Made by a program: the position numbers and the translations under genes. Shown here piece after piece: positions 9,175 to 18,661 of a stretch of 64,000 nt of DNA. The DNA comes from Candidatus Avitreponema avistercoris. GTDB taxonomy: Bacteria; Spirochaetota; Spirochaetia; Treponematales; Treponemataceae. The notes beneath the pieces were generated by a model. That model searched no databases. It saw nothing but the letters and a program-made list of their open reading frames with translations, and was not told the DNA's origin. The stretch's first letter is position 1. Every line of letters begins with the position of its first letter. The stretch covers positions 4,880 through 68,879 of the forward strand of contig JADIMS010000011.1 in the NCBI GenBank assembly GCA_017694555.1, read 5' to 3'.

Positions 9175-10668
9175 ATGCACGCACAAAAATCCCTGAAGGA
9201 TTATGAGTTTTGGTTTATTGTCGGTTCCCAGTTTTTGTACGGTCCGGAAGTTCTGGAAATTGTAGCGGACCGCGCGTCTAAAATGGCCGCGAGCTTTGAT
9301 GCGGACGCGCACATTCCCTGCCGCGTGGTGTACAAGGGAACGGTTAAGACGAATGAAGAAATCACGCGCATTGTGAAAGACGCGAATTATGACGACCGCT
9401 GCGCAGGTATTATTACCTGGATGCATACGTTTTCCCCGTCCAAAATGTGGATAAACGGTTTTTCGCTGCTGCAAAAACCTTATTGCCATTTGCATACCCA
9501 GTTTAACCGGCTGATTCCCGACAAAGAAATCGACATGGATTTCATGAATTTGAATCAGGCTGCGCACGGCGACCGCGAGCACGGTTTTATCGGCGCCAGA
9601 ATGCGTATGGCCCGCAAGGTGATTGTCGGTTATTGGGAAGATGAACCGGTCCGTGCCCGGCTCGGAAGCTGGATGCGTTCTGCGGTCGGCTGCTCCGTCA
9701 GCCGTAATCTGAAAGTTGTGCGCTTTGGCGACAATATGCGCGAAGTGGCGGTCACGGAAGGCGATAAAGTGGAAACGCAGATGAAGCTTGGCTGGCAGGT
9801 GAATACCTGGGCAGTCGGGGATTTAGTGCGTGAAATCGAAGCCGTTACCGAAGCGGAAGTGGATGCGCTGATGGAAGAATACCGGGCGAAATATGATTTT
9901 GCCACCGATAATATAGAAGCTGTGCGTTATCAGGCCCGGGAAGAAATTGCCATGAAGAAAATTCTGGACCGGGAAGGCGCAGGCGCATACACGAACACAT
10001 TCCAGGATTTGCACGGGATGAAGCAGCTTCCCGGATTGGCGTCCCAGCGCCTGATGGAGCAGGGCTACGGATACGGCGGGGAAGGCGATTGGAAGGTTTC
10101 TGCGATGACGCACATCGTAAAGCAGATGACCGAAGGACTTCCCGGCGGTACGGCTTTCATGGAAGACTACACATACGATCTGGAACCGGGCAAAGAACTT
10201 TCCCTTGGTGCGCATATGCTGGAAGTTTGTCCGACCGTGGCCGCTGCAAAACCGCGGATTGAAGTACATCCGCTCGGCATCGGCGACCGCGAAGATCCTG
10301 CGCGTCTGGTTTTTGAGGGGCATCCGGGAAAGGCTATCGTGATTTCGCTGATTGATATGGGCGGCCGTCTGCGGATGATCGTTCAGGATGTGGAAGCGGT
10401 CAAGCCGAAGTACGGTATGCCGAATCTGCCTGTTGCGCGGATTATGTGGAAAGCTATGCCCGATTTGCTGACCGGCGCCCACGCGTGGATTTTAGCCGGC
10501 GGCGCGCACCACACGGTGTTTACGTATGCGGCAACGGCGGAAATGATGGAAGATTGGGCGGAAATGATGGGCATTGAGTTTGTGCACATTTCCTCCTCCA
10601 CCGACATCGAATCGCTGAAAAAAGAATTGTTCGTGATGGATGTTGCCTGGAAGCTCAAAGGAATCTGA
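9175..10668 (+). CDS. araA: L-arabinose isomerase
   Basis: ATG 9175 follows AGGAGAG. The N-terminus YEFWFIVGSQFLYGPE and the ~497 aa length are characteristic of AraA. Confidence 0.92.
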   Translation: MHAQKSLKDYEFWFIVGSQFLYGPEVLEIVADRASKMAASFDADAHIPCRVVYKGTVKTNEEITRIVKDANYDDRCAGIITWMHTFSPSKMWINGFSLLQKPYCHLHTQFNRLIPDKEIDMDFMNLNQAAHGDREHGFIGARMRMARKVIVGYWEDEPVRARLGSWMRSAVGCSVSRNLKVVRFGDNMREVAVTEGDKVETQMKLGWQVNTWAVGDLVREIEAVTEAEVDALMEEYRAKYDFATDNIEAVRYQAREEIAMKKILDREGAGAYTNTFQDLHGMKQLPGLASQRLMEQGYGYGGEGDWKVSAMTHIVKQMTEGLPGGTAFMEDYTYDLEPGKELSLGAHMLEVCPTVAAAKPRIEVHPLGIGDREDPARLVFEGHPGKAIVISLIDMGGRLRMIVQDVEAVKPKYGMPNLPVARIMWKAMPDLLTGAHAWILAGGAHHTVFTYAATAEMMEDWAEMMGIEFVHISSSTDIESLKKELFVMDVAWKLKGI

Positions 10669-10680
10669 ACGCTTTTTACA

Positions 10681-10710
10681 CGCCTGCGCGCCGTTTGATG
10701 CGCGCAGGCG
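10681..10710 (+). other. intercistronic GC-rich stem-loop between araA and araD
   Basis: CGCCTGCGCGC (10681-10691) pairs perfectly with GCGCGCAGGCG (10700-10710) across an 8-nt loop. No U-run follows. Confidence 0.6.
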
Positions 10711-10719
10711 CGGCTGGAA

Positions 10720-11421
10720 ATGGAGAAAACAATGCTGGAAGAATTGAAAGAAAAAACCCTTCAGGCAAATTTAATGCTGCCGGCGCACGGGCTTGTGACG
10801 TTCACTTGGGGCAATGTGTCGGGGATCGACCGGGAAAAAGGACTTGTGGTGATTAAGCCGTCCGGTGTAGAATATGACGATATGAAAGCACAGGACATGG
10901 TCGTCGTCGATCTGGAAGGAAACGTGGTGGAGGGCAGTCTGAAACCGTCTTCCGATACGCCGACGCATATTGCGCTGTACAAAGCCTTCCCGAATATCGG
11001 CGGCGTTGTGCATACCCACAGCCGGTGGGCAACCGTGTTCGCCCAGTGCGGCGCCGGGATTCCTCCCCTCGGTACTACGCATGGGGATTATTTTTACGGG
11101 GAAATTCCGTGTACCCGGCGTATGACCGATGCTGAAATTCACGGCGAATATGAAAAGGAAACCGGAACGGTTATCATTGAACGCTTCAAGGATCTGCAGC
11201 CGGACGACATCCCGGCTGTGCTGGTAAACAGCCATGGCCCGTTCGCCTGGGGTAAAGATCCCGCCGGCGCCGTACACAACGCGGTTGTGCTGGAAGAAGT
11301 GGCGTTTATGGCCTGGCATTGCAATGTTCTGGCCGGGTACCGTCCGCAGCCGATGCAGCAAATCCTGTTGGATAAGCACTATCTCCGTAAACACGGGGCA
11401 AATGCATATTACGGGCAATAA
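10720..11421 (+). CDS. araD: L-ribulose-5-phosphate 4-epimerase
   Basis: Class II aldolase/epimerase fold. Motifs [28 protein letters not shown] and VVHTHS are present. Confidence 0.9.
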   Translation: MEKTMLEELKEKTLQANLMLPAHGLVTFTWGNVSGIDREKGLVVIKPSGVEYDDMKAQDMVVVDLEGNVVEGSLKPSSDTPTHIALYKAFPNIGGVVHTHSRWATVFAQCGAGIPPLGTTHGDYFYGEIPCTRRMTDAEIHGEYEKETGTVIIERFKDLQPDDIPAVLVNSHGPFAWGKDPAGAVHNAVVLEEVAFMAWHCNVLAGYRPQPMQQILLDKHYLRKHGANAYYGQ

Positions 11422-11439
11422 GAAAATCCGGGAGTTGTG

Positions 11440-12573
11440 ATGGCCTTTGTCCCGAAGTATGCGTTTCTGGTTAATTGGATAAAGGACCAGATTCTGCACG
11501 GCGACTTAAACTGCGGCGACCGGCTGTATTCCGAAAACGAACTGTGCTCGATTTTCGACGTCAGCCGGCAGACTGTCCGGCAGGCAATCGGCATTCTGGA
11601 GCAGGAAGGCGTGGTTACCCGCCGCCGGGGCAGCGGTACGTATATCCTCTGGCGTAAAACGCACGGACGGACAGGAACCAAAAAAATCGGCGTAATTTCC
11701 ACTTACGTTGGCGAATACATCTTCATGGATATTCTGCGCGCCGTGGAGTCCGTGCTGAGCGGACAAGGCTACGTAACGCAGGTTTCGTTTACCCGCAACG
11801 ATCCGGAAAATGAGCGCCGGGCGCTCCGTTCTATGCTGGACAGCGATGTGGACGGCGTGATTGTGGAACCGACAAAAAGCGGATTGCCCAACCCCAATCT
11901 GGATTTTTACACAGAATTCCGGAAACGGGGAATTCCGGTCCTGTTCTTTAATGCAAAATACCCTGAATTGGATTTCCCGGTTGTTTCCCTGGATGACGCC
12001 GCCGCCGGGGAAATTGCGGCTTCCTTCCTTATCGGAAACGGGCACCGGGACATCGCCGGTATTTTCCAATGCGACGATATTCAGGGAAAACTGCGTTACA
12101 AAGGGTATATGAAGGCGCTGTCCGAAAACGGCATCGCAATCAACAGCCGGCGGATTCTGTGGTATGCGACGGAAGATATCAGTGAGCTTACCCGCTATCC
12201 TGACCGGATCCTGCGGCGGCTGGAAGGCTGTTCGGCGGTTTGCTGCTACAACGACCGGATTGCGGTGTCCGTTATTGATGTGCTGAAACAGAACGGGCGT
12301 TCGGTTCCCGGCGATATGTCGGTAGTCGGTATCGATAATTCTTCGCTGGCTGATTTATGCTCGCCGCCGCTGACTTCGGTATATAATCCCGCCGCGCTGC
12401 TGGGAGAGACAGCCGCGAAAAACCTTCTGGCGATGATTGAAAATCCGGACTTTGACGCGCAGGTATTGTTCCGCCCCGTGATGGTGGAACGCGCTTCTGT
12501 TTCCATATATACCGCGCAGCGCACTGCCCGGGAGGACGAAGATGAAAGCAAACACGCGCAGGCGGTTTTATAA
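11440..12573 (+). CDS. araR: AraR-type repressor (GntR winged-helix N-terminus plus LacI/PBP-like sugar-binding C-terminus)
   Basis: The N-terminus is a GntR HTH (LYSENELCSIFDVSRQTVRQAIGILEQEGVV). The C-terminal half is a periplasmic-binding-protein fold. The gene lies next to araBAD. ATG 11440 follows GGGAG; the listed ORF starts at GTG 11437. Confidence 0.75.
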   Translation: MAFVPKYAFLVNWIKDQILHGDLNCGDRLYSENELCSIFDVSRQTVRQAIGILEQEGVVTRRRGSGTYILWRKTHGRTGTKKIGVISTYVGEYIFMDILRAVESVLSGQGYVTQVSFTRNDPENERRALRSMLDSDVDGVIVEPTKSGLPNPNLDFYTEFRKRGIPVLFFNAKYPELDFPVVSLDDAAAGEIAASFLIGNGHRDIAGIFQCDDIQGKLRYKGYMKALSENGIAINSRRILWYATEDISELTRYPDRILRRLEGCSAVCCYNDRIAVSVIDVLKQNGRSVPGDMSVVGIDNSSLADLCSPPLTSVYNPAALLGETAAKNLLAMIENPDFDAQVLFRPVMVERASVSIYTAQRTAREDEDESKHAQAVL

Positions 12574-13612
12574 TACCGCATTCCGGATTCTGTTTACACT
12601 GGCAGTGCTGGCTGTGGCGCCGGTTTTGACCGCCTGTTCACAAAAAGAAAGCGCGCAGAATTCCGTCCGGGATGCGGGAGCGGAAACGGATGCCTCCGCT
12701 CCTTCTGCGGGCAGCGGTATGATTGTCGGCTTTTCCCAAATCGGTGCAGAAAGCGCATGGAGGATGCGCAATTCTGAGTCGATGCAGGAAGCTGCGCAGG
12801 CTGCGGGCGTACAGTTGTTGTATCACAACGCGGAACAAAAACAGGAAAACCAAATCAAGGCCATCCGTTCTTTTATTGTTTACCAGGTAGACGTTATCGT
12901 GTTTGTTCCGATTGTGCAGCATGGCTGGGAAAATGTTCTCAATGAAGCGCGGGAAGCCGGGATCCCGGTGATTGTGGCTGACCGCAAGCTCAAACTGGAT
13001 GACCCTTCGCTGGTTGCCGGTTTTATCGGGCCGGATCATTTGGAAGAAGGCCGTCAGGCCGCACGTTTCCTGCTGGCAAAATACACGGGACACCCCGGGC
13101 CGCTGCAAATATTTGAGCTGCGCGGTACGGACGGCTCTTCCGTTTGCGAGGACCGGGCTGCAGGGTTCCGTGAGGTTCTGGCGGAAGACAGCCGTTTCCA
13201 TATTGTATACAGCGAAACCGGGGATTTTCTCCGTTCCAAAGGAAGGGAGGTGGTGGAGAATTTCCTGACAGCGTCAGGCGGATTTGAATTTGCAGGTAGA
13301 CCCGTTGATATCCTGTTTTCCCACAATGACGGTATGACGCTGGGGGCGCTGGAAGTTCTGGAAAACGCGGGCCTCTGTCCCGGAAAGGATATTACGGTGG
13401 TTTCCGTAGATGCGGAACAGGCTGCCATCAATGCGCTCCGTGCCGGAAAAATCAATTGCGTTGTGGAATGCAATCCGAATCTCGGTCCCGATGTACTTGC
13501 ATTGGCAGAACGGCTTGTACACGGCGAAAGTATCAGCTATTTCAACTCAACGCCGGAACGGACATTCAGCGAATTCGACGATTTGCGCAGTATCCAGCCG
13601 CGGGGGTATTGA
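12542..13612 (+). CDS. periplasmic sugar-binding lipoprotein (PBP type I, ribose/galactose-binding-like)
   Basis: Signal peptide with lipobox LTAC. It has the PBP type I pattern typical of monosaccharide-binding proteins. It overlaps the araR 3' end by 32 nt. Confidence 0.8.
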   Translation: MKANTRRRFYNTAFRILFTLAVLAVAPVLTACSQKESAQNSVRDAGAETDASAPSAGSGMIVGFSQIGAESAWRMRNSESMQEAAQAAGVQLLYHNAEQKQENQIKAIRSFIVYQVDVIVFVPIVQHGWENVLNEAREAGIPVIVADRKLKLDDPSLVAGFIGPDHLEEGRQAARFLLAKYTGHPGPLQIFELRGTDGSSVCEDRAAGFREVLAEDSRFHIVYSETGDFLRSKGREVVENFLTASGGFEFAGRPVDILFSHNDGMTLGALEVLENAGLCPGKDITVVSVDAEQAAINALRAGKINCVVECNPNLGPDVLALAERLVHGESISYFNSTPERTFSEFDDLRSIQPRGY

Positions 13613-13618
13613 ACCGGA

Positions 13619-15082
13619 ATGGTCGCCCTCTTTTCGTTTACCGGCAAAAGCATCAAATCCGTTCTGCGGTCGTCTTATTTTGCCGTAGTGATCCTGCTTT
13701 GTATTCCGGTGATTTATACGCTGCTGGTTACCGTAATGGCGACGTCCCGTTATGATACGCTCATCACAAATGTCAGCCGTGCGGCGGAAATCAACGAAGT
13801 GGTGCGTATCGAAATTTCCGACGAATTATGGGACATCGTTGCAGGCAACAAACGTTTTGAAGACGGCAGGCAATATGAAATTCTGGACAGGCTGAAAAAC
13901 GAAATCCAGGATATTTCCGCCTCTGCAAAACCGGACGGCGGTTTGAATTACCTGGAAATTGCATTCCGCGCAATCCGCACGCTGGAAAGCTACGTTGACC
14001 GGCTGGGTGAACAGCTGGCGCAGAATTTTCCCGTGATGGAAAATGAAGCGGTACTGGACGAAGTGCGCGCAGTGGCTGCTGTCGTGAGCGATGTGCTTCA
14101 GGAATTCATCGTTTCGGAAATCAGCGATGCAGCCCGCACAAACGAAGACATCAAAAACAATATGGCGTTTCTCTCCATCATTCTGCTTGTGATTACGCTG
14201 ATTATCGTTCTGGTTATTACGCGCACGCTGATTTTTGTGTCGGCAGGCATCCGACGTCCGATCCGGGCGATGGAGGTAATGTCTTCACGGATTGCATCCG
14301 GGAATTTTGCCGCCCGCATCCGGGTGCCGAAAATCCGGGAGCTGGACAATCTGGCAAAAAATATGAATGTAATGGCCGGCCGCCTGCAAAAGCTTCTGGA
14401 TGAGAATATCCGCGAGCAGCAAAACCTCAAAAAAGCGGAAATGAAGGCGCTGCAGGCGCAGATTACGCCGCATTTTTTATATAATACTTTTGATTCCATT
14501 ATTTGGCTGGCTGAGTCCGGCGAAACGGAAAAGGTAATTACCATTACGCGGGCATTTTCGGAATTTTTCCGCATTTCCCTGAACCGCGGGAAAGAATGGA
14601 TTCCTGCCGCGCAGGAACTGGATCACATCCGCCACTATCTGACCATTCAGAAAATCCGGTACAGCGACATTTTGGATTACGCCATTGAATTTGACGAAGG
14701 CGTGCGCGGCTGCATGGTGCTTAAACTTTCTTTGCAGCCGCTGGTAGAAAACGCAATTTATCACGGGATCAAAAACAAGCGTGGTTTCGGTTTCCTGCGC
14801 GTTACGGCGCGGCTGGAAGATACGCCTTCCGGACAGCGCGTGCGGTTTTGCGTGGAGGATAACGGGATAGGATTTTCGCCGGAAAAACTGGCAGACGTTC
14901 TGGATGAACTTGCGGCTGAAAAAAGCGCAGAAGACCTTTCCGGCGTGTACGGCTTGTATAATGTAAACAAACGGCTTAATCTGTATTATGGTGATTCCGT
15001 ACATCTGGAGATTGAAAGCGAATTCGGCAAAGGTACGCGCGTGTGGTTCTCTGTGCCGTACCTGAATGCTGAAAAAGGATAA
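13619..15082 (+). CDS. sensor histidine kinase, LytS/YesM type (2 TM, HAMP, His_kinase PF06580, HATPase)
   Basis: The signature ITPHFLYNTFDSIIWLAE is present. Two TM segments flank a ~150 aa extracytoplasmic part. The C-terminus is a GHKL ATPase. Confidence 0.85.
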   Translation: MVALFSFTGKSIKSVLRSSYFAVVILLCIPVIYTLLVTVMATSRYDTLITNVSRAAEINEVVRIEISDELWDIVAGNKRFEDGRQYEILDRLKNEIQDISASAKPDGGLNYLEIAFRAIRTLESYVDRLGEQLAQNFPVMENEAVLDEVRAVAAVVSDVLQEFIVSEISDAARTNEDIKNNMAFLSIILLVITLIIVLVITRTLIFVSAGIRRPIRAMEVMSSRIASGNFAARIRVPKIRELDNLAKNMNVMAGRLQKLLDENIREQQNLKKAEMKALQAQITPHFLYNTFDSIIWLAESGETEKVITITRAFSEFFRISLNRGKEWIPAAQELDHIRHYLTIQKIRYSDILDYAIEFDEGVRGCMVLKLSLQPLVENAIYHGIKNKRGFGFLRVTARLEDTPSGQRVRFCVEDNGIGFSPEKLADVLDELAAEKSAEDLSGVYGLYNVNKRLNLYYGDSVHLEIESEFGKGTRVWFSVPYLNAEKG

Positions 15083-16671
15083 TGTTCATGTACAGCGTTT
15101 TTATTGTGGACGACGAAGTGATTGTGCGGGACGGAATCCGCGGAAAAATCAATTGGGATCATTCGCAGTTTTCCTTTTCCGGGGAAGCGGGGGATGGTGA
15201 AATTGCGCTTTCCATGATCCAGGATTTAAAGCCGGACATTCTGATTACCGACATCAAAATGCCTTTTATGGACGGGCTGGAACTTTCCCGCATGGTGAAA
15301 AAACTTTTGCCTTGGACGCGCATTATCATTCTTTCCGGACATGATGAATTCGAATACGCCAAAAAAGCGATTTCCATCGGTGTGGAAGATTATATCCTGA
15401 AGCCGTTTACGGCGGAAGAACTGCTGGAAAGTATGAACCGTGCGGCGGACGCATTGGAGAAAGAGAAGCAACGCTACAGCGATGTGGAAAAAATGAAGCA
15501 GGCTCTGGAGTCCGCCTCCCTTTTGGCGCAGGAACGGCTGCTGACTAATATTATCACCGGCGTAATTCCGGGAACGGAAGCCGTGGGCAGCGCGGCCGAT
15601 CTGCATATCGATTTGATTGCCCGCTATTATACGGTGCTGGTGAGCGAATTGCAGTGCAGCGCCGGAAAGGGCATGGATTGTTTTGTGGAAGCAAAAACCC
15701 GGCTGCTGCAAATTTCCGAAAACAATACAAAAGTGATTTCGTTCTTTGTTTCTCCGGAACGCGCTGTGTTTATTTTGAAAAATTCCCGCCTGGAAAACGT
15801 AGAAGAAGAATCGTACAATTTGGCCAATAATGTGGAACATGAAGTCTGTTCGGATCCGGAACTGTCTGTGGTGACGGCTATCGGTTCCACCGTGGACCGC
15901 ATCACGGCCATCAGCGAATCTTACCGTTCTGCGATGGACTTGCTGCGCCGCAGCCGGTTCTCCGGAAAGAGCCGTATTCTGAACGCCGGGGACTGCGCGG
16001 AAGATGCTGCGCCGGCTGCGGGTTTGCAGGAAAACGATCCGCTGCTGGAGCGGATCCGCTATGCAGACGAGCGTGAAATTGTCCTGATTGTAGAGCAGTA
16101 TCTTAGCTACATCAATGAGAGCCACGAAGAATTTACAGCCGCAGCTTCCTATCTGCTGGTTGACGTGATTATGTCCATCTCCAAACTGGCAGAAGATTTG
16201 GGCGGGGATATCCGGGATGTGGTACCGGATATCCTTTCCCGCACGTTTGTGACCAACGCTGTCCGCAGCCGGGAAGTCTTTGCAGCTGAAATGGAACGTG
16301 TGCTGCGGACCGTGCTTCTGTGGCGTAATTCCCGGACGCAGGGACGCTACGCAGATGTGATTCTGAGAGCCAAGAAATACATCGGCGAGCATTTTTCCGA
16401 TCCGGATATCTGTCTTTTTTCGACGGCAAAAGCCGTCAACATGAGTCCGAACCACTTCAGTTCCGTATTTTCGCAGGAATGCGGCATGACATATATCGAG
16501 TACCTGACCAGCGTGCGCATCGACACGGCAAAAAAACTTCTGCGCAACACTTCGATGCGCAGTTCCGAAATTGCCTACGAAACGGGCTTCAGCGATCCGC
16601 ACTATTTCAGTTTTATTTTCAAAAAAAACACCGGCCAGTCGCCGCAGGAATTCCGGGGGAAAAAGGAATAA
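15082..16671 (+). CDS. response regulator, CheY receiver plus AraC/XylS HTH (YesN type)
   Basis: The receiver has VFIVDDE...DILITDIKMPFMDGLE. The C-terminus is an AraC HTH (SSEIAYETGFSDPHYFSFIFKK). The start overlaps the kinase stop (TAATG). Confidence 0.88.
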   Translation: MFMYSVFIVDDEVIVRDGIRGKINWDHSQFSFSGEAGDGEIALSMIQDLKPDILITDIKMPFMDGLELSRMVKKLLPWTRIIILSGHDEFEYAKKAISIGVEDYILKPFTAEELLESMNRAADALEKEKQRYSDVEKMKQALESASLLAQERLLTNIITGVIPGTEAVGSAADLHIDLIARYYTVLVSELQCSAGKGMDCFVEAKTRLLQISENNTKVISFFVSPERAVFILKNSRLENVEEESYNLANNVEHEVCSDPELSVVTAIGSTVDRITAISESYRSAMDLLRRSRFSGKSRILNAGDCAEDAAPAAGLQENDPLLERIRYADEREIVLIVEQYLSYINESHEEFTAAASYLLVDVIMSISKLAEDLGGDIRDVVPDILSRTFVTNAVRSREVFAAEMERVLRTVLLWRNSRTQGRYADVILRAKKYIGEHFSDPDICLFSTAKAVNMSPNHFSSVFSQECGMTYIEYLTSVRIDTAKKLLRNTSMRSSEIAYETGFSDPHYFSFIFKKNTGQSPQEFRGKKE

Positions 16672-16675
16672 AAAA

Positions 16676-16698
16676 AGGCGGTGCATTGCACCGCCTTT
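16676..16698. terminator. bidirectional rho-independent terminator between convergent genes
   Basis: GGCGGTGC-att-GCACCGCC is flanked by an A-run on the left and TTTT on the right. Confidence 0.8.
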
Positions 16699-16721
16699 TG
16701 TCCGGATCTTACGTCCGCCTT

Positions 16722-17147
16722 TCAGTCATCGAACTTCTGTCCGAGGAATTTCCCGTTGTTGTCAAAATACAGCTCCATGCGGTTGGCCAGCTGGACTTCA
16801 ATGCTGGCCCAGTCTTTTTCAGCCTTCAGAATCAGTACATCCGGGAAATTCTGATTCACGTATTCCGTGACTCCCGCAGGAAGCAGCCCTGCCGGCACGC
16901 CGGTGTAAGATTTGATTTCTTTCCAATCGCCGCTGCCGGAAAAGTTCAGCTCGCTGCCGTCGTTCAACACGACTTCATACTCATTGAAGTCCGCTTCTGC
17001 AAACTGCGCGGTTTTACCGGGGAAGTACTGGGCAATTAAGTCCTTTGCCCGCTGCGGAAGCTTGTCCGGGGAAACCACCTGGTCTGCGAACGCCGCCGGA
17101 GCAAAAACCAGTACTGCTGCCAGAATCAAAAGCCCTTTCTTTTTCAT
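16722..17147 (-). CDS. secreted PepSY-like (DUF2874-like) protein
   Basis: Signal peptide MKKKGLLILAAVLVFAPAAFA. The repeated beta-rich modules resemble the putative beta-lactamase-inhibitor-like PepSY-like family. Confidence 0.7.
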   Translation of the reverse strand: MKKKGLLILAAVLVFAPAAFADQVVSPDKLPQRAKDLIAQYFPGKTAQFAEADFNEYEVVLNDGSELNFSGSGDWKEIKSYTGVPAGLLPAGVTEYVNQNFPDVLILKAEKDWASIEVQLANRMELYFDNNGKFLGQKFDD

Positions 17148-17270
17148 TTCAAACCTCCTGAAACTCTCTGTTTGTTTGTTTTATGCGCTTACTATATCCG
17201 GCCGGCGGCCGGCGAACATTAAAGGCTTCTTAAAAGAAAAAGAAGAAACAGGGAAAAAACGCATATTTTT

Positions 17271-18661
17271 TTAACTTTCCGCTAAAAGAATGCGGAGTAC
17301 CGTTCCTGTTCCCGGCGTACTTTCTGCGGAAAGTTCCGCGCCGAGGTTTCCGGCTACGCTGCGGGCAATTGCCAGCCCGATACCGGTTCCGCCCTTGCTG
17401 CGGTTGCGGGATTTATCCGCGCGGTAAAAGCTTTCAAAAATATGCGGCAAATCTTCTCCGGAAATGCCTGTTCCGTTGTCTGCAACAGAAAGCAGCCGTC
17501 CGGCAAGCGTGACGGCAATTTCCGGTTCCGGATGGTCGTTATACAGAACGGCGTTGCGGATGATGATGCGCAGAATCTCCCGCAGGCTTTCCGTATCCGC
17601 GTACAAAACGGAACCTGGGGGCACGGTGAGGGCAATTTTGGCTTGCGGTTCAATGACGGCAAAATCCTCGCACACCGAACGCAAAAACTGCGCCGCATCC
17701 GTTCCGGTTCCGCTTTCTGCCTCCCCGCGGGCGGATTCCGCCTTTGCGTTCTGCGCCCGGCTTAATGCCAGAAGCTGTCCGGTAAGCCGTTCCATGGACT
17801 TGGCTTCGCGCAGAATCACCTGCAGCGAATTCTCCAGTACATCCGGATCCCCGCGCCCCCAGCGGAGCAGAAGCTCGGTATGGCCGCGGATAACGGCGAT
17901 GGGCGTTTTCAGTTCATGGGATACATCCGATGCAAAGCGCTTTTCCCGCTCAAAATCCCGCTCCAACCTGGCGAACAAGCCGTTAAAGGTGAGGGCCAGC
18001 GTTTTCAGTTCGTCGTCGGCGCCGTTTTCGTCCAGCCGCCGGTTCAGGTTACCGCTGCCGATTTCCCGCGCCTGCCTGGTGATACGCTTGACGGGGCGCA
18101 GCATCCGTGCCGCAGTCCGCCAGGCCAGGAGCCAGGAGAGCGCAATAATCGGCAGGCCGCACAGAAGGAAAACCGCCGGCATATACTGGATATACCGGTT
18201 GGAGGTATCCATGTCGATATCGATGGCTGCCTGGATGTGGTACGCGCGCGGCGGAATTTCAATATTTTTTGCCGCATAAATCAGATTGAGGTTTCCGTCG
18301 GCAAAAAAATCCTTGCTGAAAAAACGCGCGGTTCCGTTTCCTTCCGTTTCCGGCAGATCGGGGATCATCGGGTCATTGGTTTGCAGCACGCGCCCGTTCG
18401 GCATGGAAATACGGTACATCATGTAATAGGGAATGTCGCGGATTTCGGGATAATTTTCGCCTGCCGCCAGCGAATACACGGCGTTTTCCAGAATGCCCAT
18501 TGTGGAAAGCACTTCGCCGTTCCGCCGCCCCGAAATACTCTCCTGTGTCAGGATAATGACCAGCGCGGAAAAAAAAAGACGGAACAGGAAATAATAACCG
18601 TGAGCAGGGTTGCGATGCGCGCCGAGATGGAATGCATTTTTCCGGTTTTTATACGTTTCAT
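17271..18661 (-). pseudogene. sensor histidine kinase (TM1, periplasmic domain, TM2, HAMP, HisKA, HATPase) interrupted by a frameshift at a homopolymer
   Basis: ATG 18661 overlaps the regulator's stop (ATGA) and encodes MKRIKTGKMHSISARIATLLTVIISCSVFFF. That frame stops at 18548. The rest of the kinase (SALVIILTQ...HELKTPIAVIRGH...GTGIGLAIARS) is in the frame displaced by one base. The switch lies within the A9/T9 run at 18569-18577. Confidence 0.7.

Noticed and set aside
15226-16686. Other long antisense ORFs. This one is 486 aa. Also 45402-46796, 54457-55863, 55906-57057, 61859-63211, 25498-26589 and 51384-52469.
   Set aside because: All lie opposite strongly supported genes (yesN-type regulator, clpA, cstA, ftsH, MFP, lolA/rodZ, GH13). 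All share the R/F/G/P-rich shadow-frame composition.
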